From Bilabrum cf. latius (Eukaryota), in contig OZ237758.1 in NCBI GenBank assembly GCA_965178125.1, positions 124,001 through 188,000 of the forward strand: a stretch of DNA of 64,000 nt, in the 5' to 3' direction. The first letter of the stretch is position 1. The number at the start of each line of letters is the position of its first letter. Below, piece after piece: positions 1-11,180 of the stretch. A program made the position numbers and the translations under genes. A model generated the notes under the pieces. It was not told the origin of the DNA and made no database searches. It was given only the letters and a program-made list of their open reading frames with translations.

Positions 1-1168
1 TGCGCGGCACTGCAGGACGCTGCCGGGCTTGTGTCCGGCCTGCCCCTGCTGTCCTCGCTGGACCTGAGGGAGAACCCAGTGTGCAAGCAGAGGCACTACA
101 GGAACACGCTGTACACGTTCTCTACGTATGAGCTGGGTGAGAGAGAGAGACTGGGGCTGGCTGCCGACTGCCTCGCTTTTGTATGCCGAGCCGCCGCTGC
201 TGACCTTTCTGTATCCTTGCCCATGCACCGCTGTCCAGTTTCTCCTCCTCCCACTCCCGATGACCGCAGAGGAACTCGACGGACTGCCGATCCCAGCGGT
301 ACAGAGGCACAACCTGCGGCAGCTGGAGCTGAGGCGAAGGGCCAAGAGACAGGGGGCCAGCGGACGAGCCGGGGCTCCAGGCAGGGGCAGGGGCAGGGGC
401 GGGAGGGGGCCCGGTGGAGCAACAGGAGCAGGAGGGGGGCTCCGCGCCGGCGTGTCTGCCGAGTTGCTGGGACCCCTTGCGGAGCCAGGCGCGGCGCCGC
501 ATTCGCTCGGGGCCCGGGGAGGAGCGGGGGGTTCCGGCATGAGTCAGGCCACGATGGCTCGTCTGGCTCGCATGACCGGTGTGGCGCTGGGGACTTCCGG
601 CGCGGGTGCGGGCGGGCGGAGTGGCGGGGCCGGGGGCCGTCGCTCCGGCACGGGCACGGGCATGGGCAGCTTCGAGGAGCGAGAGGGCGGGAGGGTGAGC
701 GTGGCGAGCCTGCAGCTGGCCTCTCGGGGGGGGGTCGGAGGCTCCTCCGCTGTGAGGAGTGGCGCAGGGAGGCCTCTTCCCCGGGAAGGGGGGGCGGGGG
801 GGGGACGGGGAACAGGGGCAGCGCAGGACGGTGGATCGGGGGATGTTGGTGCATCGCGGGCGGGTGAGCTGGCTGGGTTCGCATACGCGTCTCAGGTGTC
901 TCGGCGCAGACCCGTCCCCAAGGGTCTGGGGAGTCCTGCCCTGCCCCTGCAGGGGGACCGGGGGATCACCCCCCATGAGGGGTGGAGGAGGCCGCCCCCA
1001 GCCACCCCCTGGGCCTCGGGGCCGGGGCTGCACGGGCACCACGGGAGTGCATCCGGCCTGGGGGAGGTGGAAGCGGCTGGGGCTGGGAGGGCGGGCCATG
1101 GAGCACCCCACCGCGGGGGCGGAGGCGGAGGCGGGGGGGCGGGAGAGGGAGTAGGGGTGGGGGTTTGA
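1..1168 (+). CDS. Leucine-rich-repeat protein, 3' part (5' end outside window); intron 137-269
   Basis: LSSLDLRENPVC...YRNTL then, after a GTGAGA...CAG intron, E-ELDGLPI...QRHNL, which resembles an LRR-cap (SDS22/PPP1R42-like). A G/S-rich tail follows. TGA at 1166-1168; the 3' end is uncertain because of G homopolymers. Confidence 0.55.
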
Positions 1169-1517
1169 GGGAACAAAGGAGGAGGGCGAGCTCGGTCCAA
1201 GCTGGCAGCGGGTGGCGCACAGGTGATGCGCGGCAAGCGGAGCACCGGGATGCGAGGCCTCCAAAAGGCAGCCAAGGCGGGGCCCGGCGCGGCAGCCGTG
1301 CAGCTCGGCCTCATGCAAGCTGCCAGCACCGGCCCGCTGGTGGGCGACCTCGACACCGTGGGCTGACTGAATATGGTTACGTGATCTTGTTGTTTGCACG
1401 GAGCAGAATGCCGGTTCGTGTTCGCAGATGGGTGTTCAGTTATCTCGGAACAGATTCAAACAACAAGCGGCCAACCTGATCGGCTCAGCCGTGTACGCTA
1501 GGCCTCGCTTCCAGAAC

Positions 1518-2569
1518 TCACGTGTCCACCTCGTCCACGACCTCTTCCCCGGCACCAGCGCCTCCCTCGTTTGCATCGCTCGTCCAGAGCGTCAAGTTGT
1601 CCCTGATGAGCTGCATGATGAGGGTTGCGTCGCGGTACTGCTCCTCCTCCAGGTTGTCGAGCTCCGAGATGGCCTTGTCGAAGGCGTCCTTGGCAAGAGC
1701 GCACGCCTTGCTCTGCTCGTGTCTGATTTCGTAATAAAACACTGAGAAATTCAAGGCGAGGCCCAATCGGATGGGGTGCGTGGTGGGCAGCTGCTCCTCG
1801 GCCAACTTGCGGGCCTCCTCGTACTTGTCGCACGCCTTGTCTGCGGCATCCTTCACGCTGGAGATCTCGGCCAGATATCTGTAGCTGCGAACAGAGCAAA
1901 CATGTGTCGAATACGCCATCAAGCGCTGGGTGGGATTGAGGGTAAAAGCGGACGACAATGGAGAACGAATGACTCAGCGCATCGTAGCAGCACTCACTAG
2001 TCGCCAGACATCTTCAGGTAGAAGACCTGCCCTTCCGAAGTCTTCTCGTTCGGAATCAAGTTCTTCTCGATAACATTGAGCAAGTCTCCGCAGATGTCCT
2101 GCAGCTCCTGCTCGATATGCTTTTTGTACTCGACGATCGTCGACACGTGCTCGGAGCCCCGCTCCTCCTCCTTTGATCGAATCTGCTCTAGTACCCTCCA
2201 GGAGGCACGGCGAGCCCCGACAATGTTCTTGTACGCAACGGACAAGAGGTTTCGCTCCTCCACGGTCAGCGCCTCGTTCAGCTCTGCCATTGCCTTCACC
2301 TCCTTGACCTGCGGTGCACAAGAGGAAACGTGAACAACTTCGAAGCTCCGCCGCCCGCGAATGTATTTTTTAAAGTGCAAAAAAAATCGAGCACGTGTGC
2401 ACCAAGAGACAAGTTCCCGTCAGAGCGCGGCTCGAAGCAGAGCCGGCCGTTTTCTCGATTTGCACCCGACTCGAAGCATGCTCACCATGTCGTCGTAGCG
2501 CTCAGCCTCCTCGCTGAGCTTGGCCTTGTACACCATCTTGTCTTTCCCTCCCTTTGTCGCGGATGCCAT
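1518..2569 (-). CDS. 14-3-3 protein; exons 2569-2486, 2308-1998, 1884-1518
   Basis: Motifs [31 protein letters not shown] (joined across intron), [19 protein letters not shown] and [15 protein letters not shown]. Two GTGAG...CAG introns. Ends TGA. Confidence 0.97.
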
Positions 2570-2754
2570 GGCTGGTTGTTTGCTGTTTTCTCGAAGAAGT
2601 GGCAAGGCCGGCGGCCGAGGCCGCCACGAGGAAGCGAGCGCGATCCGGTATAGGCTAATGTACAGTGGGGTTTTCTGGGAGTTGCAGTTGCCAATTTTGG
2701 CATTTGTATATCAGCACGACACATCCAAGCATGAGCCAAAGATAAAATTTCAGT

Positions 2755-4869
2755 ATGAGTCATCTCCTCATTCGAGCCGATGAACTGTTGTGGCCGAGTG
2801 ACCTCCCTGATACTGTGATTCGAGCAGCCCAGCGGCCGTGGCTCCAACAGGCATTCGAACTAGACCTCTCGCTACCCTTCGGATTCACCCAACATCACAA
2901 TGGCCCTTGCATTGTTTTATCTGCTGTTACAGCAGCGTGCGTTCGGCTTCTGCTTGAGGAAACAAAGTATAGCCTCGTGACGCGCCGAAGTATGTCAACC
3001 CGAGACCGGCGCGAGCTCGATACTATCGTGTTACGAGCGATTGCAAGAATATTGGCCATCGCTGCACAAGCACGTAGGTATGACGAGCAGATTGGACCCG
3101 CCCGCGATAAGGAACCAGGCACCAGCACCCGCCAACTGCTGCCCCCAGCCCCGATCCGCCTTGTGACGATTCAAGAACCGAAAGATCAAAGCGATGCGAG
3201 TGGAAGTGCTAGTGAATCTGGTCTATTAAAGCCAGGCGATACGTCGCCCTCGGACGATTCCTCGGGCCGTATCGATTGGGAGTCGCTGTGGTCCACTGGC
3301 GAGTGGGCGAGCAGGCTTCAGATAACAGAGTGCAGGGGGCTGCGGGAGGCCGAGCAGGCGCTGCTCTCCATGGGCGCACAGGCGGGGTACACGAGGGCAG
3401 GCGACCCCGGGACGGTGCTGCTGCTCCTCTCGGCGCTCCTCACACGCGGTGCGGAGGAGGCCATGGAAGAGGGGCGCCGCGCCGATTCTAGGTTCCGCTC
3501 CCTCGTGGTGGAGGACTCCACGGCGGAGGCAGCGGTGGCCGGGCTTCTCCTTGCGGGCCGACTGCTGTGCCCCGGGGTGCTGGCTCGCTGGGCAGACCCC
3601 GGGGGCAGGGAGTGGAGCGGCGGCATGAGCCCCCTGTGCGGGTTTCTCACGGATGAGGACGGGTACGGCTGCCCGGGGCCCTTCCTGAGGCCCGTAGTTC
3701 CGGTTTGGATGGTGCTGACCGGAGGGCACTGCACCACGCTGTGGGCGGAGCCAGGGGTGGACCCCCACGCGCTGTCCGCGCTTGAGGACGTGCCTCCTGC
3801 GCGTGCGACTGATAAGTCGGCTAGTGCAAGCGTGGGCGATGGGACAACAGAAGGAAATGCAACTGCTGCTAGCGATGAAAAAGGGCCTGGAAGCGGACCC
3901 GGGGGCACTCCTGCAACTGGCTCCGGTGATTGCCAGTCTTCCCCTGATGCTGCAACTGGCTCCGGCGATTGCCAGTCTTCCCCTGATGCTGCAGCCGATG
4001 CTCCTGTTGCTGCTGAAGCTGGGCCTCGCCGCGAAGCCGTCACAGATGACATGGAGCCTGTGGCGTATCTTGGGCCGTGGGCCTGCACGAAGGGGGCGAC
4101 TGCATCTGCCCCTGTGTCTGCCGCCGCACCTGCTGCTTCCGCAGGTGGGGGGCACAAGAAGTCGACCAGCGGCAGCCCTGGGGCCGAGGCTCCCTGGGAG
4201 CACGGAGGGGCGCCGCGCGCGTGGTTCCGTCACCACAACGGCACCACAAAGTTTGGGTCAGTGCCTCGGCTGGCGCGATTTGAGGCGGCGCTGTGGGGCC
4301 AGTGGGACGCGGCGGCTGGGAGTGGAGCTGCCGCTGGGGAACCGTCGGGGCCGGCGGCTGGGAGTGGAGCTGCCGCTGGGGAATCGTCGGGGCCGGAATC
4401 CGGCGCAGGCTCCAAGAGGGGCGCTCTCGGGGAACAAGTAGGGTCCAGGGAACAAGAGAACTTGGCCAGGAAGGTGAGGCGAGTCCTCATGGTGCAGCCG
4501 CTCCCTGGGTGCGCCCGTGCAGAGGGGCCCTGGCGATTCTGCGTGGTGTGCGACCCGAATGGGAGCATGGAGAAGGGAGAGCCCACGGCTCCTTTCCCTG
4601 GGCGGTTCTACTGCCGGGACTGCATGCTGCAGAATCCCCCAAACTACGGGGGGTATGCTCGCGAGGGGGACACCGTGTGCCCCGGTTGTGGGGCTGAGGT
4701 GAGTCGGGCGGGGCACTCGCACTGGCTCTCGCTGGAGCAGCTGCCCAGGGAACACAGGTGGGACTGGGAGCGGCAGAATGCTCCGCATATGCTCAAGGTG
4801 CTGCGGCTGCGGTGGCCCAGGGCAGTGGCGAGGTTCGACAAGGAGGGGCCGCCGAGGCTGCTGGCGTGA
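2755..4869 (+). CDS. MINDY-3/4-like deubiquitinase with C-terminal Cys-rich region
   Basis: GFTQHHNGPCIVLSAV resembles the MINDY QxxGGPCxVL catalytic-Cys motif. PVWMVLTGGHCTTLW resembles the PIWVxxSESHFxVLF His motif. LRWP-like C-terminus. 704-aa uninterrupted ORF ending TGA. Confidence 0.7.
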   Translation: MSHLLIRADELLWPSDLPDTVIRAAQRPWLQQAFELDLSLPFGFTQHHNGPCIVLSAVTAACVRLLLEETKYSLVTRRSMSTRDRRELDTIVLRAIARILAIAAQARRYDEQIGPARDKEPGTSTRQLLPPAPIRLVTIQEPKDQSDASGSASESGLLKPGDTSPSDDSSGRIDWESLWSTGEWASRLQITECRGLREAEQALLSMGAQAGYTRAGDPGTVLLLLSALLTRGAEEAMEEGRRADSRFRSLVVEDSTAEAAVAGLLLAGRLLCPGVLARWADPGGREWSGGMSPLCGFLTDEDGYGCPGPFLRPVVPVWMVLTGGHCTTLWAEPGVDPHALSALEDVPPARATDKSASASVGDGTTEGNATAASDEKGPGSGPGGTPATGSGDCQSSPDAATGSGDCQSSPDAAADAPVAAEAGPRREAVTDDMEPVAYLGPWACTKGATASAPVSAAAPAASAGGGHKKSTSGSPGAEAPWEHGGAPRAWFRHHNGTTKFGSVPRLARFEAALWGQWDAAAGSGAAAGEPSGPAAGSGAAAGESSGPESGAGSKRGALGEQVGSREQENLARKVRRVLMVQPLPGCARAEGPWRFCVVCDPNGSMEKGEPTAPFPGRFYCRDCMLQNPPNYGGYAREGDTVCPGCGAEVSRAGHSHWLSLEQLPREHRWDWERQNAPHMLKVLRLRWPRAVARFDKEGPPRLLA

Positions 4870-5146
4870 CCGGCTGCCAGTGGGAGCAAGGGGTATGATT
4901 TTCTGCCTCGATGCGAGTGCGGTGCTTGCGAGCAGTGGACGCTTATGAGCGTGCATCTGGCGATCAGCCATGCCTACGCCCACTCGCTGGACAGCACGCA
5001 ATACCACCACCCTGCACCCAAACCCTGCTGGATTCCGTGACTCGGAGCCGAGCCGAACCGCAAGTTGCACACATTCTTCTGCTGCGCTCTACTTGGCAGT
5101 ACCAGCGCGATCGTTTTGCATCGATCCAATTGTACAGACCCAATCC

Positions 5147-6985
5147 ATGTCAGGGGCTTCGTCGTAGAATGTGGCACCCCTCCTGAGCAGCGAAGCCGAG
5201 CCGTCAAAGGGTCACGGAGCCAACCATTTTGACGACGATCGCAAACCGCGTATCGGAACGATGTTTTCGTCCATTTTCAACTTGGCTTCCACCATTTTAG
5301 GATCATCCTCCTTGGCGATGGCGTACGCTGTCAGCAATGCTGGTATCGGCCTGTTTGCGGTCCTGCTTGCCATCGTTGGTGTTGCCGCGGAGCGTGCGGT
5401 CTACTACATGGCCAAGGCAACCCACATGACCGGGCATTTCGACTATATGCGAGTTGGTGAAGAGGCGTTAGGGACGTTCGGCCGCCAGCTGGTCATTTGG
5501 TCCATTGTCATTCAGCAGATCGGGGCCGCCGCCGCGTTCATCAATATCGTCGGCGACGTGATCAAGGGCCTGATCGACGTGATCCCCCACGGTGGAGATA
5601 GGGGCATCCTGAGCGAGGCGCGTTTCTGGCAGATTATGATTGCGCTGTGCATCATGCTTCCCCTGTGCCTGTTCCGCACCATCACGGCCCTGCGGTTCGC
5701 CTCGTTGATCGCGGTGTCGCTCGTGATCGGGTTCGCCCTCGTGGTGTGCGTGGACGGGTTCTCCCGCCTGAGCGAAGGGGCCGTGGAGCACGGCAGCGTG
5801 CACGCCGGTCCCTCGGACCCGATCGGCACCTTCGTGAGCCTGCCCATCCTGCTCTTCGCGTTCGTGTGCCACTTCAACGTGCACCCGCTCATGCAGGAGC
5901 TGCAGCAGCCGTCGGAGGCACGGATGGCCTGGGTGGCCCGTGGGGCCGTGGGCATCACCATGGGCATCTACCTCATCACGGGCATAGCGGGGTACCTCGC
6001 ATTCGCCCAGTACACGCAGGCCGATTTGATCTCCTCGTACGAATGCGTGGAGAGGGACCAGCTGCCCGGCGATGGATACGGGCACGGGCACATCACGGTG
6101 CCCAAGGGACTCGTGCTGTTCGTGCAGACGGGCATCGGGGCCGCGCTGACGCTGTCCTTCCCCGTGATAGCCTTCGAGCTGAGGCACTGCCTGGAGCTGC
6201 TCGCCTTCGGTGAGGGGCACGTGTCCTTCGGGGCACACGCGGGTGTGGTGGTGGTGATGGTGCTGGCCTGCGGGTCCCTCGGGGTATTCGTGCCAAACCT
6301 GGGGCAGGTGTTCGGTTTCGCGGGCGCCACGACCTCCAACCTGATCGTGTTCGTGATGCCGGCGCTCTTCTTCCTCAACATCCACTGGAAGAAGCAGAAG
6401 GGGCAGCTGAGCTCCGGGGTGCAGCCGCTCGTCACACTGGGAGACGGCACGGTGCTCATCCCCGGCGAGGACGACGCGCGGATCGACGCACACTCTCGTG
6501 GGGGGCTCAAGCTGGATGATCCCGCGGGCAAGGGGGGCGGCGATGCGGGAGGGGAGGGCGAGAGCGGAGGCAGGGAGCCCAGCTTCGAGGAGGTGCAGCA
6601 CTCCACGCCCAACGGGTTGGGGGGAGGTGCGGGGCGAGGGGCGAACGGCACGGGGGATGGTCGAGCTGCGGCGGGCGTGGGCCTCGTGGAAGAGGCGGCG
6701 CTGCTCGACGCAGGGCCCGGCAGCGGGGCGGGGGTGTCGACCGGTGGAGTCTCGAGCGCGATCAACTCAACATAGGGCGGTGGCAGTGGTGGTGCAGGTG
6801 CAGGCGGTGGCGTTGCATCTGTCCCTGGAGGGGCCGTGGAAGGCAGTGTCGTGACTGACATGGACGTGTACGTTGCATGGGTGCTGGTGGTGATCGGACT
6901 GGTCCTCATCCCTGTGTGCGTGACCGTGCAGGTGATCAAGATCGTGAAGCACGAGGGAGACGAGGGCGACTGCCAGCCCACTTGA
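5147..6985 (+). CDS. Amino-acid transporter (Aa_trans/SLC38-AVT6-like); in-frame TAG at 5165 and 6773
   Basis: SSIFNLASTILGSSSLAMAY and FAFVCHFNV motifs plus multiple TM helices. The last TM helix (VAWVLVVIGLVLIPVCVTVQV) lies after the TAG at 6773. ATG at 5147, TGA at 6983-6985. Confidence 0.88.
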
Positions 6986-7330
6986 GGAACGGTGCACACA
7001 GTGGTGAACTTTGTGGTGAAGGCAGGGGGGGAAAGGAGGGGTGGAAAGGCGGCATGTCACTGCAAGCCCATGTGTCTCGGAGAGAAAGAGGGCGTGGTCG
7101 CAGCCGGGGCCAGCCGGGCTAGTACCCACCTTGCCCTAGCAGTGGCGCAACTTGCGCTGCATTGCATTGCATGAGACCGCGTTTCTTTTTTTACCTTTAT
7201 TGCTAGGTGGGCATGGGTGGTGATTGCCGTGCTGCACACTCGTCCAACAATCCAGAAAATCTAAGTGAGCAAGGGGCGAACCAAAGGATCGCTTTCATGT
7301 ACCACTCCCAAGCCCCTGCATGCCCACCCC

Positions 7331-8666
7331 TCACGCAGCGAACAAGATGTTGGCCGCCTCGTTCTCGTCCCCCCCTGCTGCCCGCAGCGCGTCCTCCACC
7401 TCCCCTCTCGACTTGCCCGTGATCTCTCGCAGCCTGGTGGTCGCCTCAGCATCCACGGGAGCTGCACCTGCCCGCATGCGTGCCATGGATCCAGGCAATC
7501 CATGACCCTAGTCCTACCCGTGGCCACCAGCACCTGCCCCGGCCCCGGCCCCGGCCCCCGCGCCTGCACCAGCTGCGCCTGCGCCAGCACCCGTCCCCGC
7601 TCCAGCACCCGCCCCCGCACCTGCAGCCCCGCCCGCAGCCGCTGCAGCCCCCCTTCTTCTGGCCTGCATCTCCTGCCGCAGCACCGCCTGCGCCTGCTCC
7701 GGAGGCAGCTGTGCGAGCAGAGCCACCCTCCTCCTGGCTTCCTCCATCGATTCGGCCCTCCCCACCGCGGCCGCCCTCGCACGCACAGCCCTCTCCGCCG
7801 CCTCCTGCGGGGAGGCCTCCTTCAGAAGCGGGCCCAGCACGGTGCCCAAGACCGTGTTAATGGACCGCGGCACCTCCATGCCCCCGAGTCCTGTGCCCTG
7901 CGCCGCACCCAGGGCCCAGAGCCCGCCCACCGCGCCTCCCCCGACCGCCAGGGCAATGCCGCCATACCCACCGAGCACCGAGGCGACTGCGAGCAACGCG
8001 CCATTTATCAGCTTGCTTGGAAGGGGGATCCCGTAGGCTACTTCAGGGTGCCGCTCCCTTGGCATGATCATGACCTGGGCGACGTAGGCAGCGGCACACG
8101 CTGCTAGAGGCCCAGCCGCCACCCTCCGCGACATCGCGAGAGATACCGACATCAACCCTGCTGTGCCACCAGAGACGAGCGCCGCGAGTGCAATTGCTCC
8201 AAACTTGCGGGACCCAATGATCCGCTCGAGCTCTGCTATTCGGAAAGCAAGGGACGAGCAAGCAATAAACTGCGCAAGGCTCGGGCTGGCAAGCTGCGCC
8301 GTCAGCAGCCTCCACAGCTATCCCTGCGCGAGCACCCTGTTGTCTGCAGTGTAATTCATGTAAGGATGAGTACAAGCATGCCAGAATGACTGGGTCGCGC
8401 ACGCGGCATTGCAGCAGCAGTGAATGGAAGCGAGAATCGCTGTGAGAATGCGCTCACCTAGACTGAACCAGTCATTTGCGGTCCCTTTGGCTGCACTTGC
8501 CGCCAACGTCAGCGCAATGGATACTACAAATAGTACCTTGGTGACAGGGGCGTTGTCTGCGAACAGCTCAAAGGGATTCCGCGGACAAACAGAGCAAGCG
8601 ATTGGGAGGCACGTCCTCGAGTGAGCGCAGCACGAGACTGCAAGCCAGCTTACACAGAACGGGCAT
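7331..8666 (-). CDS. UBAC2/Dsc2-like rhomboid-pseudoprotease with C-terminal UBA-like domain; exons 8666-8654, 8556-8458, 8343-7331; TAG at 8318, 7514, 7508
   Basis: Spliced N-terminus MPVLYNAPVTK; G*LWRLLTAQL rhomboid/Derlin WR motif; LERIIGSRKF. The UBA-like tail VDAEATTRLREITGKSRGEVEDALRAAGGDENEAANILF is reached only through two TAGs. Ends TGA. Confidence 0.8.
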
Positions 8667-8886
8667 GGCGCACTATGCACAGATGTGCAGTTAAAGATGG
8701 TCAGGTCGAGCTCTTAGTCCGGCTATTCAGCACCCCGATGTAAAGCGGATGCCACGTTTCGATGTTTTTGGTCATCCAATCGGAGCCGCCGCACTGCAGG
8801 CGCTTCAAGTTTCGTTGCCGTTCGTTCGTAGCAAACAGCTGCGCGCATCGAAGCCTGTCACGGTTCGAGGTCGAACTGCTTGTTCG

Positions 8887-10839
8887 ATGGCGTTCATCTC
8901 AAATGCCATTTAGGCAGCCAACGACCTGCTGGACTCTGCCGATGCGGCAGTGGACGAATCGATCGGGGATGCCAAGGGCAAGCGACGAGAACGACGCCGC
9001 GGCATCTTGGCTAGCCCAACGCAACTCAGCCGAGGGCAAGATCGGAGCTTACCACAGCAGGAGGGCACTCCAAGCAAGAACGGCGCCGCCATGGCGTCTC
9101 TGCAGAGGTCTGGGCACGTGGCATCGGGTGGTTCAGAGCAGCTGTTCGCGTCCCTGTCTCGTGAAGAACTGGAGGAGCGCGCGGCTGAGCTCGACGATAC
9201 CGTCAACGGATTGCGGCAGCAGCTTCGGGAGGCGTACGAGGACGGCGCGAGGTACCGCCGCGATGCCGAAGCCACGCGGAGGCTGCTGAAGGAGGCGGAC
9301 GCGGACGCCGTCGAGGAGGCGCGACGAGCCGCCGAGGCGGCCCGCGGCCGGGAAGAGGCCGCCCTGCAAGAGGCACGCGCCGCGCAAGAAGCTCTCCGCG
9401 CCACTCGCGAGCGCGCCGAGACGGAGGTGGCCCGCGCGGAGGAGCAGGTGGAGGCCGCTCGCAGGGACCTGCAGGACGGCCGCCAGAGGGCGAGCGCGAG
9501 GGAACAGCAGCTCGTGGAGGAGGTGCGCGAGCTCGCGGCGGAGGCGGCGCAGGCCCAGGCGCGCGCGGAGAGCGCGGAGGGGCAGGCGCTCCGTGCATCG
9601 CACGGTGGTGCAACCTCCCCCAGCCTCACGGACGGGCAGGGACAGGGGCAGGGGCAGGGACGGGTCCAGAGCGGGGTGGTGGGGGACGAAGAGGCACGGA
9701 GGCTGCGGGCATCTGCGGCGGGGGCCCGGGAGGAGGCGGCGAGGGAGCGGGCGCGTTGTTCCCTGCTGCAGGCGCAGCTGCGGTCGGCCAGGGACGAGCT
9801 GGAGGAGGCGCGAGCCCAGGGGCGGGCGAGGAAGGAGGAGGCCCAGGCGGCGAGGCAGGCGCTGAGGGCCGAGAGGGCAGCGGGCAAGGAAACGGAGGAG
9901 AGGGCAGCGGCGGCAGCGGCGCGGCGTGCCGAGGCCGGACTGCAGGCCAGCGTGGCCTCTTTGCGACGAACTGCGGGCGCGCTGCAGCTGAGGGTTGACT
10001 CGGCCGAGGCGGGGCGGGAGGCGGCGGAGGAGCGGTGCCAGCAGCTGGAGGCCACCGTGGGGAGGGTGGCTCGGCGGGCGGCAGCGGCGGGGGTCCCACT
10101 GGGGCCCGAGGACCTGGTGGGTCTGGGGGCCGGGGGCGTGGGGCTGCCGAGGCTGCCCTCCAGCGCAGGTGCATCGCACGGTGGTGCGCCGGGGCTCGTC
10201 AGCCGGAGAGGGGGGTCACGAGCAGGTGACCCCAGCTGGGGGGCGGGGGGAGCACCCATGCTCGGAGGCGATCCTAGTGGGGGCCGCCGTCGCGCGGGCA
10301 GGGGCAGCTCCGTGGGCGCCCTGCTGCCGGCAGCTGCGCCTGCGAAACTCGTGGCGGCGACGCGCGCGGCGGACGGCGCGGTGCTCCGGTGCCTGGAGCG
10401 GGCGCACCGGCTGCCAGTGCTGCGCCTGCTGCTGATGGCGTGGGCGCTCCTGCTGCACCTGTGGGTGGGCTGGCACTGGCTGGGGCTGGGGTCGTCCGGC
10501 AGCAGGGGGCGGGGCCCAGGGGGGAACATGGATGGGGGCGGGTCGATGGGGGGCGGCCAGGCCGCGGGCAGCGAGAGCGGGCTCGCGGCCAGGCCTGGCG
10601 TGGGTGACTTCACGAGGCAGGTGGGCGTCCTGGACCACCTCAAGGCCGGGACTGAGACGGGACAGGGGGTCAAGCAGGTGCTCTCGAAGTCCGAGAGCCG
10701 GGATGGATAGCAATCGATCTAGCAGCAGAACGCGAGGCAGGAGAGCGGGTTGGCGCCAAAGAGGGGCGACAAGTCGCCGGTACGCGGTCGCGGTGATGCA
10801 GGTGCCGGCGGGTTGAACGAGGCTAGCAAAGGAACATGA
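8887..10839 (+). CDS. Golgin-84-like coiled-coil membrane protein; TAG at 8911, 10708, 10720
   Basis: N-terminus MAFISNAI*AANDLLDSAD resembles the golgin-84 N-terminal motif (xxAEDLLxxVD). Long coiled coil. TM segment RLPVLRLLLMAWALLLHLWVGW resembles the golgin-84 RYPxARxxxxxYxxxLHLW segment. Ends TGA. Confidence 0.7.
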
Positions 10840-11180
10840 ATCGTTTGGTTTTTTTGGGGGGGGGGGGTGGGAGGGCACGCTGGCGATAGTGTTGATCGTC
10901 TCGTGCAAAATCAGACTGTACTGCTCCCACTGATGGCAGAGCCAGCGGGGCACGTCTCTTGCGGGCAGGGCAGCAGCCCGCGATGTGGCTGGTAGAAACC
11001 ATCAAGACAGGCAAAACTTTCAAAAGGCGTGATCCGGAATCCGGATACCTCAGCTACCAAAATCGTGGTCTATGGAATTGCAAAGCAGCAGATACCGCAC
11101 CGCCACGCACGCGCCGCCCATTACGCAAGCGTGCTCGCTCCCCCCTCCGCTGGCCGCTCTCCCCTCTCCAGTGGCAGCGC

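Noticed and set aside
1997-1999. Apparent in-frame TAG in 14-3-3 (KMSGD*)
   Set aside because: It is TA|GTGAGT, an exon-intron junction. Splicing restores GDYYRYL, so it is not counted as code evidence.
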